In this document: positions 18,311-27,366 of the stretch, in pieces
Layout: every line of letters starts with the position of its first letter
Position numbering within the stretch: the first letter of the stretch is position 1
Assembly (NCBI GenBank): GCA_963771275.1
Contig: CAVYSW010000010.1
Coordinates: 32,001 to 96,000, forward strand
Direction of reading: 5' to 3'
Length of the DNA: 64,000 bases
Source: an uncultured Gemmatimonadales bacterium
Lineage (GTDB): Bacteria > Gemmatimonadota > Gemmatimonadetes > Gemmatimonadales > GWC2-71-9
Program-made: the position numbers and the translations under genes
Notes under the pieces: model-generated
Told to the model about the DNA's origin: nothing
The model's input: only the letters and a program-made list of their open reading frames with translations
Databases searched by the model: none

Positions 18311-19632
18311 GACGGCGCGATTTTCTCGGGGTGGTCGCCGGGGCGGTGGCCGGCGGAACGGCGGTACGGCAGTATGGCGGTACGAGCGGCCGCGAACCGG
18401 CGATCGGTCCGCCGGTCCGCCGGTCCGCCGGTCCGTCCTGCTTGATCCCGATGGACGACGCCCAGACCGACCATCTCAAAGCGTACGGCGTCGCGTTCCG
18501 CACGATCAAGCGCGGCGGCAACGCCGAGTGGCTGCTCAACTACCGGGGCGGGAGCTTCCTGCTCCCGGCGGACCCGGCCACGGAGCGCGACGCGGCGCTC
18601 GGCGGGGTGCGCGTAGAAACGGTGCAGGGTGCGGACGTCGTGGATATTCGCGGCGTCATCGCCGGCGCCAATATGGACGCCGTGCCGCTCGAGAAAGCCC
18701 CTCAGGTGGCGGTCTACGTGCCGCCCAACGCCGCGCCGTGGGATGACGCGGTGACCATGGTGCTCGAGTATGCCGGGATCGAGTACGCCAAGGTGTGGGA
18801 TCCCGACGTCCTCCAGGGCGGGCTGGCGCGCTACGACTGGCTGCACCTGCACCACGAGGACTTCACCGGGCAGTACTCGAAGTTCTACCTCACGTTCACC
18901 GGGGCGTCGTGGCTCGCGGACATGGTGCGGCGCAATCAGGACATGGCGCGCGCCCTCGGCTTCACGAGCGTGCCGGCGCTCAAGCGGGCGGTGGCGGGGG
19001 GCATCCGCGCCTACGTCGAGCAGGGCGGCTTCCTGTTCGCGATGTGTTCGGCGACGGAGACCCTCGAGCTGGCGCTCGCCGCGGAGGGTGTGGACATCGC
19101 GGCGCCGTTCGCCGACGGCACGCCGATCGACCCGGCGGCGAGCGACAAGCTCCAGTGGGACCGCACGCTCGCGTTCCAGGGCGCGCGGCTCGAGATGTCA
19201 CCGGCGATCGCGTCGTTCTCCGACATCGACGGCCACCAGGTCAACAACCCGGGCCGGCGCCAGCCGCTCGGCGCCTACAAGCTGTTCGCCTTTTCCGCCA
19301 AGATCGATCCGGTGCCCACCATGCTGGTCCAGTGCCACCGCGACGTGCTGGCGGATTTCTACGGGCTCACCACGTCGTTCATGCGCGAGCGGCTGAAGCC
19401 GGCGGTCACGGTCCTGGCCGACGAGGCGGGGGCGCCGTGGGTCAAGTACGTCCACGGCGATGCGGGCAAGGGGACCTGGACCTATTTCGGGGGGCACGAC
19501 CCCGAGGATCCCCAGCACCAGATCGGCGACCCGCCCACCGACCTGTCGCTCCACCCCAACTCGCCGGGCTACCGCCTGATCCTCAACAACGTGCTGTTCC
19601 CGGCGGCGCGGAAACGCGAGCTCAAGACATGA
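18307..19632 (+). CDS. Tat-exported class I glutamine-amidotransferase-like protein (family often labelled asparagine synthetase B)
   Basis: MRRRDFL Tat motif; HLKAYG, WLLNYRGGSF, LHLHHEDFTGQY, FAMCSAT and GHDPED motifs. Confidence 0.8.
   Translation: MRRRDFLGVVAGAVAGGTAVRQYGGTSGREPAIGPPVRRSAGPSCLIPMDDAQTDHLKAYGVAFRTIKRGGNAEWLLNYRGGSFLLPADPATERDAALGGVRVETVQGADVVDIRGVIAGANMDAVPLEKAPQVAVYVPPNAAPWDDAVTMVLEYAGIEYAKVWDPDVLQGGLARYDWLHLHHEDFTGQYSKFYLTFTGASWLADMVRRNQDMARALGFTSVPALKRAVAGGIRAYVEQGGFLFAMCSATETLELALAAEGVDIAAPFADGTPIDPAASDKLQWDRTLAFQGARLEMSPAIASFSDIDGHQVNNPGRRQPLGAYKLFAFSAKIDPVPTMLVQCHRDVLADFYGLTTSFMRERLKPAVTVLADEAGAPWVKYVHGDAGKGTWTYFGGHDPEDPQHQIGDPPTDLSLHPNSPGYRLILNNVLFPAARKRELKT
18352..18437. 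repeat. Inverted octamer arrays inside a coding linker
   Basis: GGCGGAAC GGCGGTAC GGCAGTAT GGCGGTAC, then GGTCCGCC x3 and GGTCCGTC. Confidence 0.85.
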
Positions 19633-22142
19633 GCCGGATCACGCCGGGCGCGCGCGCGCGCGTCGCGGCCGAAATCGCGGCGGCCGGCGGCCGCGAGGTC
19701 ACGTTCGTGGCGGATCTCGACGAGCGCGGCCAGATCGCCGCGGTCGAGGCCGTGGCGCGCGGCACGGTGGACATGGTGCTGGCGCTGCCCGGCGTCGCGA
19801 GCCGCGGGCAGATGCTGCTGCACAACCATCCGAGTGGCGTGCTCGAGCCGTCGCAGGCGGATCTCCACGTGGCGGCCCGGCTGCACGACGCCGGGGTGGG
19901 GTTCGGCATCGTGGACAACACGGGTCACGAGCTGTACGTCGTGGTCGAAGTGCCGCGCGCCCGGCCGCGCGTCGCGATCGACCCGATCGCGGTGGCGGCG
20001 CTGCTCAAGCCCGGGGGGCCGGTCGCCGCGCGGCTCGGCCAGTTCGAGGACCGGCCGTGCCAGCGCGACATGGCGGCGTACGTCGCCGATGTCTACAACG
20101 AGGGCGGGGTGGCCCTGCTCGAGTCGGGGACGGGTGTCGGCAAGTCGTTCGCCTACCTCGTGCCCGCGATCCAATGGGCGCTGGAGAACGGCGAGCGCAC
20201 GATCGTCTCGACCAACACGATCAACCTGCAGGAGCAGCTCGTCGGCAAGGACCTGCCGCAGCTGGCGCGCGCGTTCGAGAGCCTGGGTGAGCGGCCGACG
20301 TTCGCGCTGCTCAAGGGATGGCGCAATTACCTCTGCCGCGCGCGCCTCGAGCTGGCGCTGGGCGGGCAGCTCGCGCTGCTCGAGGACGCGGCGCGGAGCG
20401 AGCTCGCGCGGCTCGCGGCGTGGGCGGAACGCACCACCGACGGCTCGCTGTCGGACCTCGCCGACGCCCCGCCCGGCGAGGTGTGGGACGAGGTGAGTGC
20501 CGAGCCGGATCTCTGCCCGCGCCTCAAGTGCCCGCACTTCGAGCGCTGCTTCCTGTTCGAGGCGCGCCGCCGCGCGGCGGACGCCGATATCGTCGTGGTG
20601 AACCACCACCTGCTCGCGTCCGACCTCGCGGTGCGGCGGGCGCAGGAGAACTGGCAGGACGCGGCGGTGCTGCCGCCCTACCGGCGGCTGATCCTCGACG
20701 AGGGCCACCATCTCGAGGACACCGCGGCGCAGCACCTCGGCGCGCAGGTCACGTCGCTCGGCGTGATCCGCCTGCTCGGCCGGCTCGAGCGCAACGGCCG
20801 CGGGCTGCTCCCCACGCTGCTGGCCGAGCTGGCGACGCGCGACGACCTGCTGAGCGCGGCGTCGCTCGATCTCGTGCGCACCGGCCTGCTACCCGACGTC
20901 GCGGAGGCGCGCAAGCGGGTGGGCGCGGTGTTCGGGCTGCTGGCCGACCGGCTGGTCGAGACCCAGCAGGCGGAGCTCCGGCTCACCGACGAGTTCGCGG
21001 CCGACCCGATCTGGCAGGCGGGGCTGGGGGACGCGCTCGACGCTCTCGTGCGCGGCATCGACCGGCTGCGCAACGGCGTCGAGACGGTCGCGGACCGGCT
21101 GGAGCTCACCGAGGACAGCGATCGGCGCTCGCAGCTCGTCCAGGAACTGCGCGGCGTGGTGCGCCGGCTGCAGACGGTGAGCGATGGGCTGCTGCTCACG
21201 CTGCGTCCGCAGCCCGGGATGCCGATCGTCCGGTGGATGGCGCGGCGGGGCTCGCGCCCGGCGGGTGAGCTGCCGTTTCCCCTGGCGCTCCACGCGGTCC
21301 CGCTGGACTTGGCGCCAATACTCAAGGAAACGCTGTTCGACCGGATCGAGACGGTGGTCGCGACCAGCGCCACGCTGGCTGCCGGCGGCGATTTCGCGTT
21401 CTATCGCGACCGCGTCGGCCTCGCGCTGCCGCCCAACCGCGTGCGGTTCGAGCAGATCCTGCCGTCGCCGTTCGACTTCCGGTCGCAGTGCCTGTTCGGC
21501 GTGCCGACCGACCTGGCCGACCCGCGGGGCGACCAGACCGGGCACGACCGCGCGATGGCGACCGCGATCCTCGAGCTGGCGCAGGCGTCGGACGGGGGGA
21601 TGTTCGTGCTGTTCACCAGCCATGCGGCGCTCAAGCGCACCGCCGACGCGGTGCGGGGGGCCATCGGCGGCCGCTGGCCGTTGCTGGTGCAAGGCGAGGG
21701 GCCGCGCGACCAGCTGCTGCGGCGGTTCCGGGAGGCGGGCTCGGCGATTCTGTTCGGCACGGATAGCTTTTGGGAGGGGGTGGACGTCCCTGGGCGGTCG
21801 CTGCGCGTGCTGGTGCTGGCGAAGCTGCCGTTCAAGGTCCCCACGGAGCCGCTCACGGCGGCGCGCCTCGAGCGGCTGGAAGCGCAGGGGCAGGACGGCT
21901 TCATGCACTACCTGGTGCCGCACGCGGCCCTCAAGCTCAAGCAGGGGTTCGGCCGCCTGATCCGCGGGACCACTGACGTGGGCGTCGTGGTGCTGATGGA
22001 TCACCGGGTGGTCACCAAGCGGTACGGCGCCATTCTGCTGGAATCCCTGCCGCCGGCGGAGCGGGTGATCGGCCCGTGGGCAGTGGTGCGACGGACGGCG
22101 GAGGACTTTTTCGCACGACACGGCATCGGAGCGACGGTATGA
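19629..22142 (+). CDS. DinG/YoaA-family Fe-S helicase with an N-terminal JAB/MPN domain
   Basis: HNHPSG..PS.AD; GTGVGKS; DEGHH; Fe-S cysteines; FWEGVD; QGFGRLIR. Confidence 0.93.
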   Translation: MSRITPGARARVAAEIAAAGGREVTFVADLDERGQIAAVEAVARGTVDMVLALPGVASRGQMLLHNHPSGVLEPSQADLHVAARLHDAGVGFGIVDNTGHELYVVVEVPRARPRVAIDPIAVAALLKPGGPVAARLGQFEDRPCQRDMAAYVADVYNEGGVALLESGTGVGKSFAYLVPAIQWALENGERTIVSTNTINLQEQLVGKDLPQLARAFESLGERPTFALLKGWRNYLCRARLELALGGQLALLEDAARSELARLAAWAERTTDGSLSDLADAPPGEVWDEVSAEPDLCPRLKCPHFERCFLFEARRRAADADIVVVNHHLLASDLAVRRAQENWQDAAVLPPYRRLILDEGHHLEDTAAQHLGAQVTSLGVIRLLGRLERNGRGLLPTLLAELATRDDLLSAASLDLVRTGLLPDVAEARKRVGAVFGLLADRLVETQQAELRLTDEFAADPIWQAGLGDALDALVRGIDRLRNGVETVADRLELTEDSDRRSQLVQELRGVVRRLQTVSDGLLLTLRPQPGMPIVRWMARRGSRPAGELPFPLALHAVPLDLAPILKETLFDRIETVVATSATLAAGGDFAFYRDRVGLALPPNRVRFEQILPSPFDFRSQCLFGVPTDLADPRGDQTGHDRAMATAILELAQASDGGMFVLFTSHAALKRTADAVRGAIGGRWPLLVQGEGPRDQLLRRFREAGSAILFGTDSFWEGVDVPGRSLRVLVLAKLPFKVPTEPLTAARLERLEAQGQDGFMHYLVPHAALKLKQGFGRLIRGTTDVGVVVLMDHRVVTKRYGAILLESLPPAERVIGPWAVVRRTAEDFFARHGIGATV

Positions 22143-23320
22143 AGCTGGCGAGCGGGCGTGTGGGGCGACTGCCGGCGTACGCCGTGCAGCGGATCGCGAC
22201 GATCAAGCGGCGGTTGCTGGCGGAGGGCCGCGACGTGATCGACCTCGGGGCGGGCGACGCCGACCTCGCGCCGCCCGAGATCGCCGTCCGGACCATGGCG
22301 GAGGCGCTGCAGGACCCGAAGATGAGCCGCTACGCGTTCCAGACCGGGCTGCCCGAGTTCCGCGAGGCGGTGGCGCGCTACATGGACCGGCGGTTCGACG
22401 TGCAGATCGATCCCGATACGGAGCTGCTCCCGCTGCTCGGCTCGAAGGACGGTCTGTCGCACCTGCCGCTGGCGCTGCTCGACCCGGGCGACCTGTGCCT
22501 CGTGCCGGAGCCCGGCTACGCGCCGTACCTCGGCGGCGCGATCCTGGCGGGGGCCGAAATCGAAACCTACCGGCTCCGGGCGGAGCGCGGGTTCCTGGTG
22601 GACTTGGACGAGCTCCATCCCAACCTGCTGGACCGGCTGCAGCTCGTGTTCCTCAACTATCCCAACAACCCGACGACCGGGGTGGCGACGCGCGACTACC
22701 TCGTGCGGACGGTGCAGCTGTGCGCGCGGCACGGGATCGTGCTCGCCTACGACAACCCGTACTGCGAGCTGGTGTTCGAGGGCTATCATGCCCCGAGCAT
22801 CTTCGAGATCCCGGGCGCCCGCGAGGTGGCGATCGAGTTCCTGTCGATGTCGAAGTCGTTCAGCATGACGGGCTGGCGGATCGGGTGGGCCCTGGGGCGC
22901 CCGGAGCTGATCACGGCGCTGCAGAGCGTCAAGACCTACACCGACACCGGGCCGTTTCTCGCCGTGCAGCGGGCGGCGGCGGCGGTGCTCGACCAGGCGG
23001 ACCGCATCCTGCCGCGGGTGTGCGAGACCTTCCGCCGCCGGCGCGACGCCGCGGTCGAGGCGCTCGGGGCGGTGGGACTCGAGGTCACGCGCCCCCGGGC
23101 GACGATGTACCTGTGGGTGCCGCTCCCCGCGGGGCTCGACTCGTTCGGCTTCGCGGAGCGGCTGCTCGAGGAGCAGGCGGTGGTGGTGCTGCCGGGCGCG
23201 TCGTTCGGCCCCGGGGGGGAGGGGTACTTCCGGGTGGCGCTCACGGTGAGTGAGGCGCGCTTCGCGGAGGCGGCGCTGCGCATCGGGCGCGCCCTCGAGC
23301 CGGCGCGGCAGGCCGGGTGA
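22139..23320 (+). CDS. Class I/II PLP aminotransferase (LL-diaminopimelate aminotransferase-like)
   Basis: LLGSKDG, NYPNNPT, DNPY and SMSKSFSMTGWRIG motifs. Confidence 0.9.
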   Translation: MKLASGRVGRLPAYAVQRIATIKRRLLAEGRDVIDLGAGDADLAPPEIAVRTMAEALQDPKMSRYAFQTGLPEFREAVARYMDRRFDVQIDPDTELLPLLGSKDGLSHLPLALLDPGDLCLVPEPGYAPYLGGAILAGAEIETYRLRAERGFLVDLDELHPNLLDRLQLVFLNYPNNPTTGVATRDYLVRTVQLCARHGIVLAYDNPYCELVFEGYHAPSIFEIPGAREVAIEFLSMSKSFSMTGWRIGWALGRPELITALQSVKTYTDTGPFLAVQRAAAAVLDQADRILPRVCETFRRRRDAAVEALGAVGLEVTRPRATMYLWVPLPAGLDSFGFAERLLEEQAVVVLPGASFGPGGEGYFRVALTVSEARFAEAALRIGRALEPARQAG

Positions 23321-24219
23321 TGCGCGACTGGCTGCCGCCCAAGCAGCCGCGGGCGAGCCCGTGGTGGATCGCCGTCAGCCTCGTGGCGCACGCCGGGCTG
23401 GTCGCGCTGCTGCTGGTGACGACGCACCGCGCGTTTCCCACGGGGCCGACCTACATCGTCCTGGCGCCGCCGAGCGCAGGCGCGGCGATCGAGCTGCCGC
23501 CGGTCGGGCCGATTCGGCCGCTCGGCCCGCCGGGACAAGCGCGCGGCGGGCGCGCGGCCCGACCGCGGCGGCCCCCCGGGCCGCCGGTTCAAGCGCCGAC
23601 CGAGGTCCCGTCAGTCCTCCCGCCCGCCCGCCCGAGCGAGGCCGGGGGCGGTGCAGCGGCGGCGCGGGACACGATGGCCGGAACGGGGCAGCCGGAGGCG
23701 GGGCCGGGGCGGCGGATCCTCGGCGCCCGGTTCGGCGACGGGCGGCTGTGGGTGCGGCCCTGGGACGCGATCGCCGCGGCGATTGCCGCGGCCGGGCGCG
23801 ACACCGTCACGCCGGCGATGCACGCCGCACTGATCGACAGCGCGATCGTCGCCCGGCTGCACGCGTTCCTGGACACGCTGCCGCCGGATTCGTTCGCCGT
23901 GGCCGCGCCGCAGCCCTGGACCACCGAGATCAACGGCCAGAAGTGGGGCATCGACGGCGGGTGGATCTACCTGGGCGGGATTAAGCTGCCCACCGCGATC
24001 CTCGCGCTGCTGCCGCTGCCGCAGGGCAACTACGACCGCGCCAAGCACGAAGCCGAGCTGATGCAGATCCGCGAGGACATCCTGCAGGCCGCGCGCCGTG
24101 CCGAGAGCGCCGCCGAGTTCCGGAAATACGTGGACGAGACGCGCAGGCGCCGCGACGCCGAGCGCGAGGCCAAGCGGAACCAGAAGATCCCGCCGGACTC
24201 GATCAAGACGAAGACGTGA
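23320..24219 (+). CDS. Hypothetical protein with a TonB/TolA-like anchor and Pro-rich linker
   Basis: Single TM with SLVAH (SxxxH), Pro-rich spacer, unrecognised C-terminal domain. Confidence 0.65.
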   Translation: MRDWLPPKQPRASPWWIAVSLVAHAGLVALLLVTTHRAFPTGPTYIVLAPPSAGAAIELPPVGPIRPLGPPGQARGGRAARPRRPPGPPVQAPTEVPSVLPPARPSEAGGGAAAARDTMAGTGQPEAGPGRRILGARFGDGRLWVRPWDAIAAAIAAAGRDTVTPAMHAALIDSAIVARLHAFLDTLPPDSFAVAAPQPWTTEINGQKWGIDGGWIYLGGIKLPTAILALLPLPQGNYDRAKHEAELMQIREDILQAARRAESAAEFRKYVDETRRRRDAEREAKRNQKIPPDSIKTKT

Positions 24220-25630
24220 CCGGCGTCGTCTCCTTGGGCCGCACGAAGCGGTTGTAGAGGATCAGCAGGGCCGTCGTCAACACGCCGGCTCCCGTCAGGA
24301 CGTACCACATCAGCGCTGGCTGGCCCCGCACCTCGCCGAAATAGTGCAGCAGCCACCCGGCCGACCGGCCTCCGATCAGGTAGCCGATGCCGATCGGGAG
24401 GAACGCGTACCCCATGTACAACCCCTGCTGGCCCTGCGGGGCGAGCCGCGAGATGTACTCGTAGTAGCGCGGCGCCTGCACCACCTCGCCGATCGCGAGC
24501 ACGATCAGGGCCGCCACCACGTACGGCGTGGCGCTCCCCAGGGTGAGGAACAGCCAGCTCAGGCTCGAGATCAGGACGCCGGCGATGATCGCGATGAACG
24601 GTGGGATGCGGCGCGTCAGCTGGTTCACGACGACGGTCAGCAGGATCACCGTCGTCGCCTCGACCGACAGCAGCGCGTCGATGTTGGCGTTCGGGTTGAC
24701 GTACGTGCGGACGTAGATCGGGAGCGACAGGTACTGCTGCCAGAACACCACCCAGAAGCCGGAGAAGATGATCAGGAACAGGAAAAACGGGTTCTTGAGC
24801 AACGTGCGCAGGAACAGCATGGCCAGTACGATCGCGTAGGCGGCGAGGGCCCAGGTCGGCAGGGCCGGAACGGGCGCGAAGTGGTACAGCAGCCACAGAC
24901 CTACCGCCACGGCCAGCAGGACAAGGAAGCCCTTGCCCGCGACGCGCGCCAGATTCCGGACCGCCTGCGCGATGGTCGCGACCTGCGCTGCGGCACTGCC
25001 GTCCCGCGCCGGCTCGCGGTAGAACAGCAGGGTGACGATCGCCATGGCGAACGTCGCCGCGGCGCTCACCAGGAACACGTCCTCCACGCCCACCGTGCGG
25101 CGCACCAGCGACGCCACCAGCGGCCCAATGGCGGCGCCGATGTTGACCACGGTGTAGTAGATGGAATAGCCGATCGACCGCACGCTCTCGTCGGCGGCGC
25201 GCGCCGTGGTCCCCACCACCACCGGCTTCACCACCGCCGGCCCCATGGCGGGGATCAGCATCAGGATGTGCATCAGCGCGAACAGCGGCAGGGCGTCGCG
25301 GATCGGCGCCATCCACGACGCCGACAGCGAGCCGAGCAGGAAGTTGCCGATCGCCAGGATGAAGAACGCGCCGGCCAGGGTGCGCCGGAACCCGAACCGG
25401 TCCGCCAGCGCGCCGCCCACGATCGGCATGAACCAGACGACGAAGCCGTAGTAGCCGATCAGCCACGTGGCCTGCTCGGTCGTGAGGCCGAGGTGCTCGT
25501 GGAGGTAGATCGCGAGCACGGCCTGGGGGCCGTAGTAGGCGAGCCGCTCGAACAGCTCAGTGAAGTTGGCGACCCAGAACGACGGCCGGAATCCGTGGCC
25601 GATCTCCTTCAGGCGCTGTGCGACGCTCAC
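24203..25630 (-). CDS. MFS transporter, POT/PTR oligopeptide-like
   Basis: ELFERLAYYG (ExxERxxYY), GALADRFG and YTVVNIGA motifs. Confidence 0.9.
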   Translation of the reverse strand: MSVAQRLKEIGHGFRPSFWVANFTELFERLAYYGPQAVLAIYLHEHLGLTTEQATWLIGYYGFVVWFMPIVGGALADRFGFRRTLAGAFFILAIGNFLLGSLSASWMAPIRDALPLFALMHILMLIPAMGPAVVKPVVVGTTARAADESVRSIGYSIYYTVVNIGAAIGPLVASLVRRTVGVEDVFLVSAAATFAMAIVTLLFYREPARDGSAAAQVATIAQAVRNLARVAGKGFLVLLAVAVGLWLLYHFAPVPALPTWALAAYAIVLAMLFLRTLLKNPFFLFLIIFSGFWVVFWQQYLSLPIYVRTYVNPNANIDALLSVEATTVILLTVVVNQLTRRIPPFIAIIAGVLISSLSWLFLTLGSATPYVVAALIVLAIGEVVQAPRYYEYISRLAPQGQQGLYMGYAFLPIGIGYLIGGRSAGWLLHYFGEVRGQPALMWYVLTGAGVLTTALLILYNRFVRPKETTPVTSSS

Positions 25631-25709
25631 GCGTCCTCCACGGGGGGATGGGTTGCGCTGGAACGCACTAGGATAGTCCGCGGGCGCGAGGGGCGCTATG
25701 GGCGAGCGT

Positions 25710-25786
25710 CGTTCGCCGTTCGCCGTTCGCCGTTTGCCGTGAGCCGTGACCGGAACGCGGCACGTCGGCCATCGGCTATCGGCTAT
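25710..25786. repeat. Opposed heptamer arrays between the MFS gene and gltX
   Basis: CGTTCGC x3 CGTTTGC CGTGAGC CGTGACC, then CGGCCAT CGGCTAT CGGCTAT. Confidence 0.9.
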
Positions 25787-27104
25787 CGCCTTCCGGCTCC
25801 CAGTCCTGCGCCGCGTCGAGCCGGCCGAGGCTCTCCTCGCGGCCGACGGCGACGAGCAGCTCGTTGACCGGCTCGGACACCGCGCATCCGGTGAGCGCGA
25901 TCCGCACCGGCTGCATCACGGCCCCCGCGCCCACGCCGCGCCGCTCGGCGAGGGCGCGCAGCTCCGTCTCCAGCCGCGCGGGCTCCCAGGCGTCCGTCGG
26001 GAGGGCGGCGAGGTGCTCGCGCACGGCGCGGAGCATGGCGCGGAAGCCCGCGAAGTCCTTGGCCATGGTCTGCCGCGCCTTGGCGTCGTCCTTGGCGATG
26101 TGTCGCCGGTCGAGCCGCACCGCGACGCGCTGCGCCAGCTCGATGGTGGTGCGCGACCGGCCGCGGATCGACGCGATGCAGCCGAGCACCCGCTCGGCCG
26201 GATACGCGTCCGGATCGACGCCGAGGGCGCGGAGGTGCGGCGCCAGGATTCCGGCCAGCTCGGGGAGCGGCATGTGATTGAGGTACTGCCCGTTCATCCA
26301 CTCGAGCTTGGTCATGTCGAACACGGCGCTCGTCTTCTGCACCCGCTCGATCGAGAATACGGCCACCAGCTCGCCCAGCTCGAAGTAGAGCTCGCGGTCG
26401 TCGCCCGGATTCCAGCCCAGCAGGGCGAGGAAGTTCCGCATCGCGGCGGGCAGGATGCCCATGTCATGGTAGTCGCCCAGGGCGGTGGCGCCGTGCCGCT
26501 TGGAGAGCTTCTTGCCGTCCGGGCCGTTCAGCATGGGCAGGTGGGCGAACTGCGGGGTCGGCGCGGCGAGTGCCCGGTACACCGCGATCTGCTTGGGCGT
26601 GTTGGAGACGTGGTCCTCGCCGCGCATCACGTGCGTGATCCGCATGTCGATGTCGTCGCACACCACGCTGAAGTTGTAGGTCGGCGTCCGGTCGGACCGG
26701 AGGATCACCCAGTCCTTGACGTCCCGGCCCTGGAAGCTGATCCGCCCGTACACCAGGTCGTCCCAGGCGATCTCCGCGTCCGGCATGCGGAACCGGACGG
26801 CGCCCTCATCGAGGTACGCCGTGCCATCGGCCACCAGCCGGTCGGCCACCTCCCGGTGGCGCGCGAGCCGCGCGCCCTGAAACACGACCTCCTCGTCCCA
26901 GTCGAGCCCCAGCCAGGTGAGCCCGTCGAGGATCACGCGCGTGAGGGCGTCGGTCGAGCGCTCCTTGTCGGTGTCCTCGATGCGGAGCAGGAAGGTGCCG
27001 CCGAGCCTGCGCGCGAACAGCCAGTTGAACAGGGCGGTGCGCGCGCCCCCAACGTGGAGATACCCGGTAGGGGACGGCGCGAACCGGAGGCGGACTTCCG
27101 TCAT
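25776..27104 (-). CDS. gltX: Glutamate--tRNA ligase
   Basis: RFAPSPTGYLHVGG, RIEDTD, RGEDH and KLSKR motifs; anticodon-binding domain present. Confidence 0.97.
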   Translation of the reverse strand: MTEVRLRFAPSPTGYLHVGGARTALFNWLFARRLGGTFLLRIEDTDKERSTDALTRVILDGLTWLGLDWDEEVVFQGARLARHREVADRLVADGTAYLDEGAVRFRMPDAEIAWDDLVYGRISFQGRDVKDWVILRSDRTPTYNFSVVCDDIDMRITHVMRGEDHVSNTPKQIAVYRALAAPTPQFAHLPMLNGPDGKKLSKRHGATALGDYHDMGILPAAMRNFLALLGWNPGDDRELYFELGELVAVFSIERVQKTSAVFDMTKLEWMNGQYLNHMPLPELAGILAPHLRALGVDPDAYPAERVLGCIASIRGRSRTTIELAQRVAVRLDRRHIAKDDAKARQTMAKDFAGFRAMLRAVREHLAALPTDAWEPARLETELRALAERRGVGAGAVMQPVRIALTGCAVSEPVNELLVAVGREESLGRLDAAQDWEPEGDSR

Positions 27105-27119
27105 AGGGGGGGAGTGGTA

Positions 27120-27210
27120 CGGAGAGGGGGGGATTCGAACCCCCGATAGGGGTTTAGGACCCTATAACGGTTTAGCAAACCGCCGCCTTCAGCCACTCGG
27201 CCACCTCTCC
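27120..27210 (-). tRNA. tRNA-Ser(GCT)
   Basis: Acceptor GGAGAGG/CCTCTCC with G73; anticodon arm GCGGT-TTGCTAA-ACCGT; long variable arm; T-arm GGGGG-TTCGAAT-CCCCC. Confidence 0.97.
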
Positions 27211-27252
27211 CGACAAGCGGATCAATCTCGCCAGGCGGGGGGACGAACACAA

Positions 27253-27362
27253 CCGTCAGCCGTTAGCCGTTGGCCGTTAGCCGTTAGCCGTTGCCCGATA
27301 GCCGTTGGCCGATAGTCGACACAAAGGCAGTCCGCTGCACGCTGCACGCTAAACGCTGCACG
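27253..27362 (-). repeat. Composite heptamer element (CGTGCAG)n-ACTGCCT-(CGGCYAW)n on the minus strand
   Basis: CCGTTAG/CCGTTGG/CCGATAG units, AGGCAGT at 27325-27331, then CGCTGCA units. Confidence 0.92.
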
Positions 27363-27366
27363 GCAG

